A DNA stretch of 64,000 bases from Candidatus Heimdallarchaeota archaeon (GTDB lineage Archaea; Asgardarchaeota; Heimdallarchaeia; JABLTI01), in contig JABCTZ010000001.1 of the NCBI GenBank assembly GCA_018238155.1, positions 32,001 through 96,000 of the forward strand, given 5' to 3'. Each line of letters opens with the position of its first letter. The stretch's first letter is position 1. This document shows positions 20,331 through 31,544 of the stretch, one piece after another. A program made the translations under genes and the position numbers. Below the pieces are notes generated by a model. It did not search any database. It was not told the DNA's origin and saw only the letters and a program-made list of their open reading frames with translations.

Positions 20331-23126
20331 ATGGTATCTGGTTTTGATAAGACTGTAGAAGAAATCTATGATTTGTTAGATTCACAATTTGAAGGATTAT
20401 CTACAGAGGAAGCAAAAAAAAGAATTGAAAAACATGGTCAGAATATTGTTTCTTCCGAAAAAAAGACAAGTTCAATCAAACTTTTTCTAAGTCAATTCAA
20501 GGATCTCCTTGTAATTATTCTTTTAATTGCTGGTCTCATTACTGGAGTAATTGGTATTATTGAGTCGAATTTGGAAGCAATAATTGATGTCAGTGCAATA
20601 GCAATAGTTGTTCTATTAAATGCCTGTTTAGGTTTTTATCAAGAATATTCTGCCGAAAAAGCTATTAGCGCTTTGAGAAAGCTCTCTGAAAGTCAAGTTA
20701 TTGTTGTTAGAGACCACAAAAAAATATACATCGATTCTGAATATGTCGTTCCTGGAGATATTATTTTTCTGGAAGCAGGTAATTCAGTTGTTGCCGATAT
20801 TCGATTAATTCAATCCTATGAAATCAGAGTGAGCGAAGGCATTCTAACTGGCGAATCGACCACAATTGCCAAGCATACGGATTCTCTTCCAACAGATACA
20901 CAATTAGCTGATAGAAAAAATACTCTTTTCAAAGGAACTACGATTGTTAATGGTTCTGGTTTGGGTATTGTTGTAAGCACAGGGTTCCTTACAGAATTGG
21001 GCAAGATTGCTTCTTCATTGCTTTCAATTGAGCAAGAAGATACTCCTATCCAAAAGAAACTCGATCAACTTGCAAAACAAATAACAATTGGTATAGGCAT
21101 TCTTTCGGTAATTATCTTTCTTATTGGTATCCTTTCAATTGGTGTGAGTAGTTGGGCTGTTTTATTGATCTTTTCTATTGGATTAGCTGTTGCAGCAGTC
21201 CCAGAAGGGTTACCAGCTGTTCTAACGCTTTCACTGGCTTTAGGGATTAATCGTTTAGCAAAGAAAAATGCTCTTGTGAGAAAATTGCCTGCGGTTGAAG
21301 TTCTAGGCTCATCTACTATTATTTGTACAGATAAAACAGGTACACTTACTCGAAATGAACAAACGGTTAGATTAATTTGGACTTTGGATACAAAGTATAG
21401 TGTTACAGGTGATGGATATTTCAGCTCTGGAAATATCGTTGCTAAAGAAACTGGGAAAAAAGAAGAATCATTAACAAATTCTACTCTTCTTAAAAATATT
21501 GAAATCGGTGCTTTAGCTAATGAAGCTGCAATTGAAAAACAAGGTGAAAATGATCCCTACAAAATATTTGGTGATCCTACAGAAGTTGCACTACTAATTC
21601 TTGCTGAGAAAGGACAAACGATGGAAACAATTCAATCTGAATGGTCTTTAGAATATCTCTTTCCTTTTGATAGCGATAGAAAACGTATGAGTGTTATTGT
21701 TAAAAATCGCAAAACTGAAAAATATGCTATTATGGTTAAAGGTGCGCTTGATATTTTACTTGATTTCTGCACAAATCAATTTTCGAATAACGTTGTAAGT
21801 CCACTTGAGAAAGCAAGTAAGCAAATCATTATTCAAAATAGTGAAAATTATTCTGCGAGTTACGCTTACAGGATTCTTGGAATGGCTTTTAGAGAAATAA
21901 CTGATGAAGAAGCAGAAAAATTACTGCTTTCTAAAAAGTCAGAATTAGTTGAACGGAATCTCACATTTGCTGGGTTTGTAGGGATGATAGACCCACCACG
22001 AACTCAATCCCGTCCTGCTATTCTCAAAGCAAAAGCTGCTGGTATTAGAGTCATCATGATTACTGGCGATCACGTTGAAACTGCAAAAGCAATTGGACGT
22101 TCAATAAGTCTTACAACAAGCACAACCCCAATTACCGGAAAAGTGCTGGATAAAATGACCGATGATGAACTTGAGTTAATCGTTCAAACAACAGATATTT
22201 TCGCTCGAGTTAATCCTCATCATAAACTGCGTATTATCAATGCCCTAAAAAAACTGGGTGAAATTGTTACCATGACTGGTGATGGTGTTAATGATTCGCC
22301 TGCCCTAAAAAGAGCAGATATTGGTGTAGCAATGGGTATAACTGGAACAGATGTATCCAAAGAAGCAAGTGATATGATTTTAGTAGATGATAACTTCGCA
22401 AATATAATTGAAGCTGTTTCAGAAGGACGAACAATCTATTCGAATATTAAAAAATTCATTGGTTACCTTCTCTCAGCAAATGCAGGAGAACTAATCACTG
22501 TTCTTTTTGGAATTATTTTTGGTCTAATTTTCTTCAAAACAACAATTATCCCTATTTTGACCATCCAATTACTCTACATTAATTTGCTAACAGATACTTT
22601 TCCAGCACTTGCTTTAGGTGTGAGCCCCGCAGAGGAAGATATTATGCTTCGCAAACCTCGAAATCCAAAAGAACCTCTAATTGATAAGGAGATGCTAGTT
22701 TCAATAATCACATCGGGACTGATGTATGGCATCGGCACACTCTTTGGTTATTTCTGGGCGATGGGTTTTACATTATCAACTGATGTTGAGACGGTGAAAG
22801 CTGCTCAAACAATGGTTTTTGTTTCACTTGTTGTTTACCAACTTCTTCATTCATTGTCCTTGTGTCAAGATGATTTGATTTTTACTAAAAAATTTTTCAA
22901 AAATCATAAACTCTTTCTAGCAGTACTATTTAGCATTATTATGCTTGTTATCGCATTGTATGTACCATTTATGTCAAGATTTGCTCATACAACTCCTTTG
23001 AATGGGATGCAGTGGTTGATTGTATTACTAACTGCGCTTCCAATCATGATTGCTGATGAAGTAAGAAAATTCATTTTTAATAGGATAAGGAAGAACAAGA
23101 TAGCAGAATTAAATGATACTTACTGA
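20331..23126 (+). CDS. P-type IIA (SERCA-like) Ca2+-transporting ATPase
   Basis: TGES, PEGL, DKTGT, KGA, TGDGVND, NAGE, NLLTD. Confidence 0.93.
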   Translation: MVSGFDKTVEEIYDLLDSQFEGLSTEEAKKRIEKHGQNIVSSEKKTSSIKLFLSQFKDLLVIILLIAGLITGVIGIIESNLEAIIDVSAIAIVVLLNACLGFYQEYSAEKAISALRKLSESQVIVVRDHKKIYIDSEYVVPGDIIFLEAGNSVVADIRLIQSYEIRVSEGILTGESTTIAKHTDSLPTDTQLADRKNTLFKGTTIVNGSGLGIVVSTGFLTELGKIASSLLSIEQEDTPIQKKLDQLAKQITIGIGILSVIIFLIGILSIGVSSWAVLLIFSIGLAVAAVPEGLPAVLTLSLALGINRLAKKNALVRKLPAVEVLGSSTIICTDKTGTLTRNEQTVRLIWTLDTKYSVTGDGYFSSGNIVAKETGKKEESLTNSTLLKNIEIGALANEAAIEKQGENDPYKIFGDPTEVALLILAEKGQTMETIQSEWSLEYLFPFDSDRKRMSVIVKNRKTEKYAIMVKGALDILLDFCTNQFSNNVVSPLEKASKQIIIQNSENYSASYAYRILGMAFREITDEEAEKLLLSKKSELVERNLTFAGFVGMIDPPRTQSRPAILKAKAAGIRVIMITGDHVETAKAIGRSISLTTSTTPITGKVLDKMTDDELELIVQTTDIFARVNPHHKLRIINALKKLGEIVTMTGDGVNDSPALKRADIGVAMGITGTDVSKEASDMILVDDNFANIIEAVSEGRTIYSNIKKFIGYLLSANAGELITVLFGIIFGLIFFKTTIIPILTIQLLYINLLTDTFPALALGVSPAEEDIMLRKPRNPKEPLIDKEMLVSIITSGLMYGIGTLFGYFWAMGFTLSTDVETVKAAQTMVFVSLVVYQLLHSLSLCQDDLIFTKKFFKNHKLFLAVLFSIIMLVIALYVPFMSRFAHTTPLNGMQWLIVLLTALPIMIADEVRKFIFNRIRKNKIAELNDTY

Positions 23127-23371
23127 AGGATTTTGGGAAAGTTTACTCTAAATAACTTCCAAATAAAGTAAATTAGATAATTGAAATCTTACTAATAGTT
23201 GGTTGGAATTGCTTCATATTGAATCAATGAAACTCTTTGAGACTACAATTTGTTGATTTTATGCCCAATTTTATTTTTTGGGAAAACTATAATAATCTCA
23301 AATTTAACGTAAATGTTAGTTATTTATCTATTTGAAAAGTTTTTTTCAAATAAAAACAGGAGAGTAGTATT

Positions 23372-25774
23372 TTGTCTAAAAAAAGTGGAATGATTTGTTC
23401 TAATTGTGGCGTTAATGTAGCTGTTGGTAAATTCTGTCCAAAGTGTGGCGTGGCTTTATCAATATCACTTGAACAAGAATTTGATATCCAAAAAAATAGG
23501 TTGGATGAAATAAGCAAAAAACTTGTTAATTTTGAAAGTTCTGTTTTAAAAGCTCTAGCACTTGACTATCATCAAAAATTCGATGAAATTAAATTTAGTA
23601 TCGATACTTTGATCAATAAAATAGTTCATGATTCTGAAAGAATGAATCTTGAAGGTAAAGAGCTTGAGAGTTCTTTAATAATTTGTTTTAGTTGTGGACA
23701 AGAAGTTGCGCTTACAAAATTCTGTCAAAATTGTGGTAAATCCTTGGTTGAATTTGAAGGCGATTATAAGCAAGGATATGTGCAATATTTGGCTCAAACC
23801 CAGAGAAAGGTTAATCTTTTTAGAGACATGGTTGCAAAAATACTTGCAATTGAAGCTCTCACTGATTTAGAGATTATTATTAAAAACATAAGACAATTGA
23901 TTCTCTATTTTAATAGAGAAGAAGTAGAAAAAGTAACAATCGAAAAAGGTCGAGAGGACGTCGATAGCTCCACTGTTGTTTCGGAGAAAAAACAACCGAG
24001 GACTGCTATTCCAAAGAAACAATTTGAAAAAATGCCTGTTGTTACACCGAAAAAAGCATCCTCGCAAACACAACCAAGTGTTAAGAAAGCAGAAATTAAA
24101 CCTGAACGCAAGAAAAGTGCTGCATATAGCAAGCTCGAAAAAAATCTGCTCGATTATTGGTTCTTTTATCTTGCAACAATTATCTTTAGTGTTGGAATCT
24201 CCATTACTCTTTATTTCGTTTCTGTTGAATTGGAATCAGAGGTTTGGCAATTAGTAATTATTTATTCTATTGGTGCAATAATAATTGGTTTTGGTCAGGG
24301 TCTTAATTTATTAGCAAAACATAACAAGAAGAAAAAATTAGCGAAAGAAGAATCTAAACAAACTTCTGATAAAAAGAAGCAACCTTCGCAAGATGAAATT
24401 ATTAAATATACCCCACAAATGACTTCTGTTATTTCATTTATCGGATTTATTGTCCTCTTTATTGGTGGAATCATTGGTATATTATCTTATGAATCTCTGG
24501 GTGTTTCAAAAGGAGTTTTTATTGGTCTTAGTTTAGGTTTAAGTGCTGTTTGTATGGCAATAAGTATCTTGAATAAATCAGAACTCTTAGCTTTGACTAG
24601 TATTCTTCAAGCAATTATTTTTGTTGCAGTTGATCTTTTATGGGCTCAATATCCTCCTATTCTAAGTAACATCTCAAGTTTAATTGTGTATTCTTTGATA
24701 ATTATTGGTGCTACTTGCGTTTCTGTATTCTTCAAAAAATGGACTGTTTCAGCTGTGTCAATGGCTGTTATTCCTATTCTAATTTGTATACCAAGAGTAT
24801 ATTCGCAGATAGGTCTTGAATTTTTAATTCTGATATTTGTACCAATTATGATTATTTTGACTATTCAATTTGGTTCCGAAAAAATACCTATGCCTATCAA
24901 AAGAAGCTTAGTTGTTTTATCATTTATTCTTCCAACAATATCTGTATTTGTTATTTCACTCACAAGTTATTATAATCCAATTACTGAACCTGTTTGGGCT
25001 GCCTATCAATCATATCAATCGTTGCTTATCGGAGTAGTGATTATTGGTATATCTTATTATTATCAATTCATCCAAGAGAAGCATTTAGATATCAAATCTT
25101 CAAATGAGATCATTTGGTTTGCAGGACAAATTCTTACAGGGATAATAGCTTTTCTAACTGTTGGGCTTTACAAAGATATATTGATAACATCATTATTCTT
25201 TACAATCTTCTTTATCTTTGGAATTTTAAGCACGATTAAATTCTTTAGAGAAAAATTGGCTGTTCAAAATATTATCGCTTCTTTTGTTATAGCTGAAATA
25301 CTTGCTATTCTTATTATTGTCTTAGTGGATGTAAATACAACAGCACAAGCTATACTTGTTTTTATTCTCGGAATTTCGTTTGTGCTTATAACAATAGTTA
25401 GCCTATTTATTCCACATTTGCTTCACCAACAACCAGTACTCTTTTTTATTTGGTTTACTCTTTCAACAATCAATCTAATTTTGCTAGGTTTGATGGAAAT
25501 AATTAGTCCATGGTTAACTTTTGTGATCATTGTTCTTCATTTGAGTTGTTCAATAATAGCTGCTCTTCCAATAATCATACCAAAAGCAACTCGTTGGCGA
25601 GAGTTTTCGGTGACATCCTTAATCCTTAATGGTATAGCAGTTCTAGTATTCTTATTAAGTGGGAGATTTGCTTACTTTGATTATGTTCCACTTATTATTT
25701 TCATATTCTTCTTCTTAGCTTCAATATCGGGCTTTATTAATTGGAAGGAACAGGAGGCAATTATCAATGAATAA
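23372..25774 (+). CDS. Double zinc-ribbon + polytopic membrane protein (DUF2339-like N-half)
   Basis: CSNC..CPKC and CFSC..CQNC, coiled segments, LEKNLLDYWF entry into many TMs. Confidence 0.7.
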   Translation: MSKKSGMICSNCGVNVAVGKFCPKCGVALSISLEQEFDIQKNRLDEISKKLVNFESSVLKALALDYHQKFDEIKFSIDTLINKIVHDSERMNLEGKELESSLIICFSCGQEVALTKFCQNCGKSLVEFEGDYKQGYVQYLAQTQRKVNLFRDMVAKILAIEALTDLEIIIKNIRQLILYFNREEVEKVTIEKGREDVDSSTVVSEKKQPRTAIPKKQFEKMPVVTPKKASSQTQPSVKKAEIKPERKKSAAYSKLEKNLLDYWFFYLATIIFSVGISITLYFVSVELESEVWQLVIIYSIGAIIIGFGQGLNLLAKHNKKKKLAKEESKQTSDKKKQPSQDEIIKYTPQMTSVISFIGFIVLFIGGIIGILSYESLGVSKGVFIGLSLGLSAVCMAISILNKSELLALTSILQAIIFVAVDLLWAQYPPILSNISSLIVYSLIIIGATCVSVFFKKWTVSAVSMAVIPILICIPRVYSQIGLEFLILIFVPIMIILTIQFGSEKIPMPIKRSLVVLSFILPTISVFVISLTSYYNPITEPVWAAYQSYQSLLIGVVIIGISYYYQFIQEKHLDIKSSNEIIWFAGQILTGIIAFLTVGLYKDILITSLFFTIFFIFGILSTIKFFREKLAVQNIIASFVIAEILAILIIVLVDVNTTAQAILVFILGISFVLITIVSLFIPHLLHQQPVLFFIWFTLSTINLILLGLMEIISPWLTFVIIVLHLSCSIIAALPIIIPKATRWREFSVTSLILNGIAVLVFLLSGRFAYFDYVPLIIFIFFFLASISGFINWKEQEAIINE

Positions 25775-27419
25775 TAAACAAGCGCAATCAGTTTCGAAAA
25801 CAAAATCAAAGGAAAATAAAGGCGAATTAGAAGAAGCAACTGGCTCTTTGGTTCAAAAAACCTTTATCTCTAAGTACGTTCACCAAATATTTCTTCTGGT
25901 TTTTATCAATATACTCTTTATCGTTTTTGAGCTTGTGGAAGCTTTCAAAATCAATTGGATCTCTGCAATAGTTTATGGAGTAATATCTATTAGCTCAATT
26001 GGTTATATTTGGACTCAAAAGGAATCGGCTAAATTTCTTATTCCAATACCCTTTATTTCATTGTTAGTAGCAAGTCTATTGATTGACTTTCCATTGTTAA
26101 TAACAATCATTTATGGTATTAATTGTCTATTCTTTTTCATTATTGCAATTATTAAGAAAGATGCTCAAGATTCAATTATCACTACAATAACCACAGGATT
26201 AATGCTAGTAATTTTAACATCATTGTCATTAGTTAATCGAGGTTTTATAAAAGTCGACTATGAGCTAAATGCTATTAGTGGGATGTTATTTTTATGGATT
26301 GTTTGTGCAACAGTATCCACAATAATGTTGAGAGATAATCCTGGGCAGATATTTACCTATATACTTTCAGCTCAAATAATTACCGTAGTTATGCCTTTCA
26401 TTCGACCAGAAGGAGTCAATTCTAACGTTTATACCATAATTTGTGCTTTAGGATTCATAGTCACCGCAGTAACAACTTTGGTTCTGGTAACAAGACATAA
26501 AGAATTAGATGATTTTCATCTTCTTCTCTCAGTTATTGTCCTACAAATAGGCATTGTTATTCTCTCATATTCATTCAATATAGGATTTAATTGGACAAGT
26601 CCTAATAATAATGCTCTTATCATAGATTATGCTCTGCATATTCCATTAGCAATCTTTACAATAGCTAATTATCTTTTTAGTTATTTAAAAAGCAGGGAGA
26701 ATCTATTAGAAGATGAGATAGCTGCTAACGATAAAAGATATTCTCAATTCAAACCTTTCATTCTCTATTTGTCATTTGCAATATCATCATTAGCAATGTT
26801 AGGTTGGGTATTTGGCAATCTAAATCTAATCAATGTTTTAATAATTTCAATACTCTTTTTTGTTGTTGGAATTGTGATAAATAACAAGTATCTGACAATA
26901 ATTACAATGATTACATCCTATTTGTTTATAGGTTTAACAATGTCCTTTGTTGGAAGCGTTGTACTCGATATTATTCTCATTGTTTTGATAAGCATTTCAG
27001 GAGCATTGCTAATTTTCTCAATAATAAATGAAAAATGGATTAAAGGTGAGCCATTAACTACAATATTATCTCTAACTAGTTCAATGATGATAATGATCAG
27101 TTTACTTATTTTGCTGGACTTTAATAGTATCTGGATAGGCGTTAGTTGGGTGCTAATAGGTTTCTATCTCTTTGCTGGAGGAATATTTATGGAAAAAATC
27201 CTTTGGAGAAGAGTTGGGTTAGGCATTATCCTTGGAGATATCGTTTTTTCAATTGTTCTCATTGCTATTAGTGGTGGGTCGGGAATCTTCCTTGGAATAG
27301 GATTTATGGTCATTGCTGTAGTACTCTTTGGATGCATCTTCATGTTTAGATGGTCTGAGCAGAAGCAAGAGGCATACCTTCTTGCTGAAAGTGGTGATGA
27401 AAAAACACTTGAAGAATAA
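25767..27419 (+). CDS. Polytopic membrane protein (DUF2339-like C-half)
   Basis: Many TMs, overlaps the upstream gene by 8 nt, C-terminal W...G...WRRVGL..GFM..VL pattern. Confidence 0.7.
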   Translation: MNNKQAQSVSKTKSKENKGELEEATGSLVQKTFISKYVHQIFLLVFINILFIVFELVEAFKINWISAIVYGVISISSIGYIWTQKESAKFLIPIPFISLLVASLLIDFPLLITIIYGINCLFFFIIAIIKKDAQDSIITTITTGLMLVILTSLSLVNRGFIKVDYELNAISGMLFLWIVCATVSTIMLRDNPGQIFTYILSAQIITVVMPFIRPEGVNSNVYTIICALGFIVTAVTTLVLVTRHKELDDFHLLLSVIVLQIGIVILSYSFNIGFNWTSPNNNALIIDYALHIPLAIFTIANYLFSYLKSRENLLEDEIAANDKRYSQFKPFILYLSFAISSLAMLGWVFGNLNLINVLIISILFFVVGIVINNKYLTIITMITSYLFIGLTMSFVGSVVLDIILIVLISISGALLIFSIINEKWIKGEPLTTILSLTSSMMIMISLLILLDFNSIWIGVSWVLIGFYLFAGGIFMEKILWRRVGLGIILGDIVFSIVLIAISGGSGIFLGIGFMVIAVVLFGCIFMFRWSEQKQEAYLLAESGDEKTLEE

Positions 27420-27441
27420 AGGAATATTGAAAAGAAGAATA

Positions 27442-28845
27442 CTATCTTCTTTTCTTTCTAAAGAAAATTATTGGGATTGTTGTTAATAAACTGCTAATTA
27501 CAATGAAAGGATAATTGATTTTGGCTTCATTGGAAGTTGAAGGAGTTAATGTAATGATTGTTGTGCTCAATTCCACTCTAAAAAGCCAAATTCTACTAAC
27601 TGTTTCACCAACAAAATGGGTAGAACCTAAGACTGTAAATGTTTCACTACCATCATAGACAAATGACCCTGCACCGTTTCCAAAAACATCACCTATAGTA
27701 AAATTCCATAGATGTGTTCCATTTTCATCTGTTCTCACAATCCAAGCATCTCCTTGACCTGCTTGGTCAAAATTGTGTGTTGATCCGAGAAAAGTTAATT
27801 CGCCATTCGGCATTTCTATTATATGATTTCCAGTATCTTCTTCTATCCCACCGAATGTTTGATTCCAAATTTGGTTTCCAAATAGATCTGTGCGAATAAC
27901 CCAAAAATCACTGCCACCTTCACCAAAACTATGTGTATTTGCAATTATTGCGAATCCTCCACTAGAACATTTAACAAGTGCTTCTGGTCGTTGATATCCC
28001 GTTTCATCTCCATATGTCATGTTCCATAACGGAATTCCAAATGAGTCTGTCTTAATTAACCACACATCACTTGACTTTGTATCATTATACGTATAGCCAA
28101 GTACTGCAAATCCTCCATCGTCACATTGCACAATACTGTGAGGTGCAAAACATCTGTCAATAGCCCAGTTATCATATACTCTTTCCCATTTTTTGATTCC
28201 ATTTAGACCAATTCTGAATATCCATATATCGCACCCACCACTTGTTGTAATTGTTACTCCACTAAGAACAAAATCACCATTTGAGCATTGAACGACAGAA
28301 CGACCAACATCGCTAATATATGTTCCACCAGTTTGTTCAGATCCACTGAAGTATTTATTCCAGATAATTGTTCCATCATCAGCAATTCGTGTAACCATAA
28401 AATCAGAATTTGTTATTGCTGCGCTCACATTATAAAATGTTGAAGCAATTACATACCCTCCCGTATCACATGCTATTATTTGATACCCTTGATCTTCTCC
28501 GACATCACCAATTGTTTGATTCCACTCTTGGTTTCCATCTGAATCTAATCCAATCAATAAAACATCCAAATCCCCTGCACCTGAGCTGTTTGTCCAACCA
28601 GAAATGGCATATTTTCCTGTAGCACTTTTTACAAGAGACTTCCCAACATTTTCCATTTCTCCACCGAATGTTTTATTCCAAAGAATTACCATTTCAGTTT
28701 CTTCAATGGTTTCGCATCCTGTAATACTGCTTGCAATTTGATTCATTTTTTCTGATTTATTTACTGGAAAATATAACAAAGTAACAATCACTAAACTCAG
28801 AAGAAAAATAGGCAATAATTTGTGATACGAGGTTTGCGTTGTCAT
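27442..28845 (-). CDS. Cell-surface beta-propeller repeat protein
   Basis: N-terminal signal/TM, ~7 repeats of D.W....D..G...WN.T.G, many NxT/S sequons, C-terminal TM + RKKRR. Confidence 0.8.
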   Translation of the reverse strand: MTTQTSYHKLLPIFLLSLVIVTLLYFPVNKSEKMNQIASSITGCETIEETEMVILWNKTFGGEMENVGKSLVKSATGKYAISGWTNSSGAGDLDVLLIGLDSDGNQEWNQTIGDVGEDQGYQIIACDTGGYVIASTFYNVSAAITNSDFMVTRIADDGTIIWNKYFSGSEQTGGTYISDVGRSVVQCSNGDFVLSGVTITTSGGCDIWIFRIGLNGIKKWERVYDNWAIDRCFAPHSIVQCDDGGFAVLGYTYNDTKSSDVWLIKTDSFGIPLWNMTYGDETGYQRPEALVKCSSGGFAIIANTHSFGEGGSDFWVIRTDLFGNQIWNQTFGGIEEDTGNHIIEMPNGELTFLGSTHNFDQAGQGDAWIVRTDENGTHLWNFTIGDVFGNGAGSFVYDGSETFTVLGSTHFVGETVSRIWLFRVELSTTIITLTPSTSNEAKINYPFIVISSLLTTIPIIFFRKKRR

Positions 28846-28985
28846 AGTAGATAATATTTCATCATTATTTATTAATAAACTCCAACTTTACATCTGCACT
28901 TTCAAAATCAATTATCAATAATAAAAAACAAACATCTACCCAAAAGAAACCTAAAAAAGTTTCTCTTTCCACATCATCTTTGAGA

Positions 28986-30602
28986 TTAAAATTTAATATA
29001 TTCAATCCTTGGCAAAGAGTTCTGTGGGAATCTTGAAAGAAGCACTCCTTGAGAGGAAATGGAAGATATATCTCTTACTTTTGAGATTCTTGGATTCATG
29101 CTATCAACTATTGATACTAATTGATTCATATTTGCTATTTGTCCGCTGTGGAGGCAATATCGAATCATACTCGATGGAGTTAATGCTTCATAAATTGGTA
29201 TTGACAACTTTTTGGATATTTCGTTTCGGAAATTGCTGAAATTCCCTTCAGAGAGATTTCTATTATGTGTATCGTGATATATTTTTCTAATTATTGCTGG
29301 TGGAACACCCTTGAAAGCAAAGGCATACAATTCCAGAGAAGATGGATCGAAATACAATTCATGTACAACACCTACCAATGATCTATCTGGTGATAGTACT
29401 CTCCGTCCTAATAACCCTGCATTTTCTGCTAGAGTTAAAACTTGAGAGTTTTGATTTAAAATTGGTTGATTATTTATATAATTAATCGCACTAACAGGAA
29501 CTGAAGCGAAATAGGAATTAATTAATTTCAACAAATCAATTCCAAGTTTGTTCTGAATAGAATATTTTACTACATTTTCAGGATATAGTGCCTGTTCTTT
29601 ATCCACTCCAAATGAATCCACTATTAGTTGTTGTAATCTGTCTTCAATTACTTTTGGATTTGAGGATGATCGCAATCTTGAAGGTCCTACTACAGCTATA
29701 TCACGAATTACTGCTAGAGAAGGTCTATCTGTTGCAATTATCGCGAAACTACTCCCAATGATGTTTATATCACCGATTAATTTCCCAATAGTGATTCCTT
29801 TCCATTTGATCCAAATGTCCTCTCCTGGTGGTGGTCTAGTTGGCTCATGAGTTACCCTTTGAGCGTTAGTTTGTATTGGTTCTGCTTTTGGTTGAGGTGT
29901 AGCAATAGCTCTTTGTTTTGTTGATTTTCTTTGTTTCTCTGATTTGGTCCAATCTTCTTTTTTAAACTCTACATCTGCAATTTTTGATAATTTTTTAGCT
30001 ACAGAATGAGTGTTCTTTTGAATCTTTAATAAGCGCTTTCTCTCTAAATCCAATTCCTTCTTTTTTGCTGTATCCATTGCAGCATCGATTGCAAGCTCAT
30101 CTATGTTTTGATTAATAACAGTGCTCAGTTGTTCAATTAATTCTAATGATTTTGGTATTCCTTGGATTAGCGTTTCTCTTTTGGCTTTAATTGTTAACAA
30201 TAACGTTTCGTATTCTCTTTTTTTACTTTTTATTGCTGATTCTGTAACACTACCTTTTGCTGCCAGCTCATCTAGTTTTTTGATTCGAACTTGAACACTT
30301 TTCTTTTCTTCTTCAATATACTCCAATCTTCTAATAAAACTTTGAACATTTACATGGATAGTTTCAAGGTCAGGTATAATTGCTTCGTAAGTTGCAAAAC
30401 CATCTCGAATATATGATTTCTCTTCGGCTGATTCTAAAACGTGATAGTAATTTTTCTTTAACGTTTCATATAATTCATCACTGATATCTCGCTTCCTTTT
30501 TCTTATATCTAGTTCCTCAATTAAAGTTAAAATATAGTTTTTGCCGAAATTTTCCAATTGAATTTCATTTTTAGCCAAATGGTTTGAACCCCTTGCTGTC
30601 AT
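28986..30602 (-). CDS. CdvA-like coiled coil + tandem PRC-barrel-like protein
   Basis: RIKKLDELAAKGSVTESA..KKREYE coiled coil; LLGRRVLSPDRSLVGVVHELYFD PRC pattern; internal repeat. Confidence 0.6.
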   Translation of the reverse strand: MTARGSNHLAKNEIQLENFGKNYILTLIEELDIRKRKRDISDELYETLKKNYYHVLESAEEKSYIRDGFATYEAIIPDLETIHVNVQSFIRRLEYIEEEKKSVQVRIKKLDELAAKGSVTESAIKSKKREYETLLLTIKAKRETLIQGIPKSLELIEQLSTVINQNIDELAIDAAMDTAKKKELDLERKRLLKIQKNTHSVAKKLSKIADVEFKKEDWTKSEKQRKSTKQRAIATPQPKAEPIQTNAQRVTHEPTRPPPGEDIWIKWKGITIGKLIGDINIIGSSFAIIATDRPSLAVIRDIAVVGPSRLRSSSNPKVIEDRLQQLIVDSFGVDKEQALYPENVVKYSIQNKLGIDLLKLINSYFASVPVSAINYINNQPILNQNSQVLTLAENAGLLGRRVLSPDRSLVGVVHELYFDPSSLELYAFAFKGVPPAIIRKIYHDTHNRNLSEGNFSNFRNEISKKLSIPIYEALTPSSMIRYCLHSGQIANMNQLVSIVDSMNPRISKVRDISSISSQGVLLSRFPQNSLPRIEYIKF

Positions 30603-30765
30603 TGTTGATAGAGAAGATATCTACGTTATAGTACTATTAGCTACATAATACCATTTTAATATTTAGTAATGGATTTAGTCCTAAAAGATAATATCTTTTT
30701 CGCTCAGAAATATCAAAAGCATATTATATTCATTTAATAATTTTTGTTTAATCGTTGTGATAATT

Positions 30766-31401
30766 ATGAAAGAGATTATCTTAGCCTCTGCATCACCAAG
30801 GCGTCATGAATTGCTTACTCTAATTGGAATTCCTCATATTGTTATTCCTTGTAAAGAAGAAGAAGGTCAAGTAACAAATAATGCTTCAAAATCTTCTGCT
30901 TCAGAAAAAAAACAAGAAACAATAGAAGAAAGCATCTTACAAGTAGCATGTCAAAAAGCACTATGTGTTGCGAAAACATTATCTCCTGCAAAAAAGAAAT
31001 CTGCTTTAATTTTGGGTGCAGATACTATTGTAGTACTAAATGATGAGATTATTGGAAAACCTTCTTCCCTTGAAGATGCTTTTGAAATGCTCAAGAGATT
31101 AACTGGGAATGTTCATGAAGTTTATACTGGTTTATGTTTGTATGACCTTGAGGTTGATCGATTATATTCTGGAGTTGAGAAAACTTTAGTGAGTATGATT
31201 TCTTGTTCTGATAGTAGAATTCAAGCGTATATTGCATCTGAGCATATTTTGGACAAAGCAGGCGCATATGCTGTTCAAGGAATTGGTGCAGCGCTAATTG
31301 ATCATATAGATGGTTGTTTCTATAATGTAATGGGACTACCTCTTAGCAGATTAACCAATATTTTGGATGAGATTGGATATCCTTTTCTCAAAACTAAATA
31401 G
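30766..31401 (+). CDS. maf: Maf-family nucleoside triphosphate pyrophosphatase
   Basis: IILASASPRR, GADTIV, GKP, DKAGAYAVQG, NVMGLP. Confidence 0.92.
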   Translation: MKEIILASASPRRHELLTLIGIPHIVIPCKEEEGQVTNNASKSSASEKKQETIEESILQVACQKALCVAKTLSPAKKKSALILGADTIVVLNDEIIGKPSSLEDAFEMLKRLTGNVHEVYTGLCLYDLEVDRLYSGVEKTLVSMISCSDSRIQAYIASEHILDKAGAYAVQGIGAALIDHIDGCFYNVMGLPLSRLTNILDEIGYPFLKTK

Positions 31402-31544
31402 TGATATCTCAAACCATTGTTTCGAATAGAAGGATTTTTTATTTGAAAAATTGAGATTGGAGAGAAACAAAGCTAAAAGAAAACTTTTTAATATCAAAGT
31501 AAAACCAAAATAAAGCAGAATAAGAAAACACTTGAGGTCTACTA

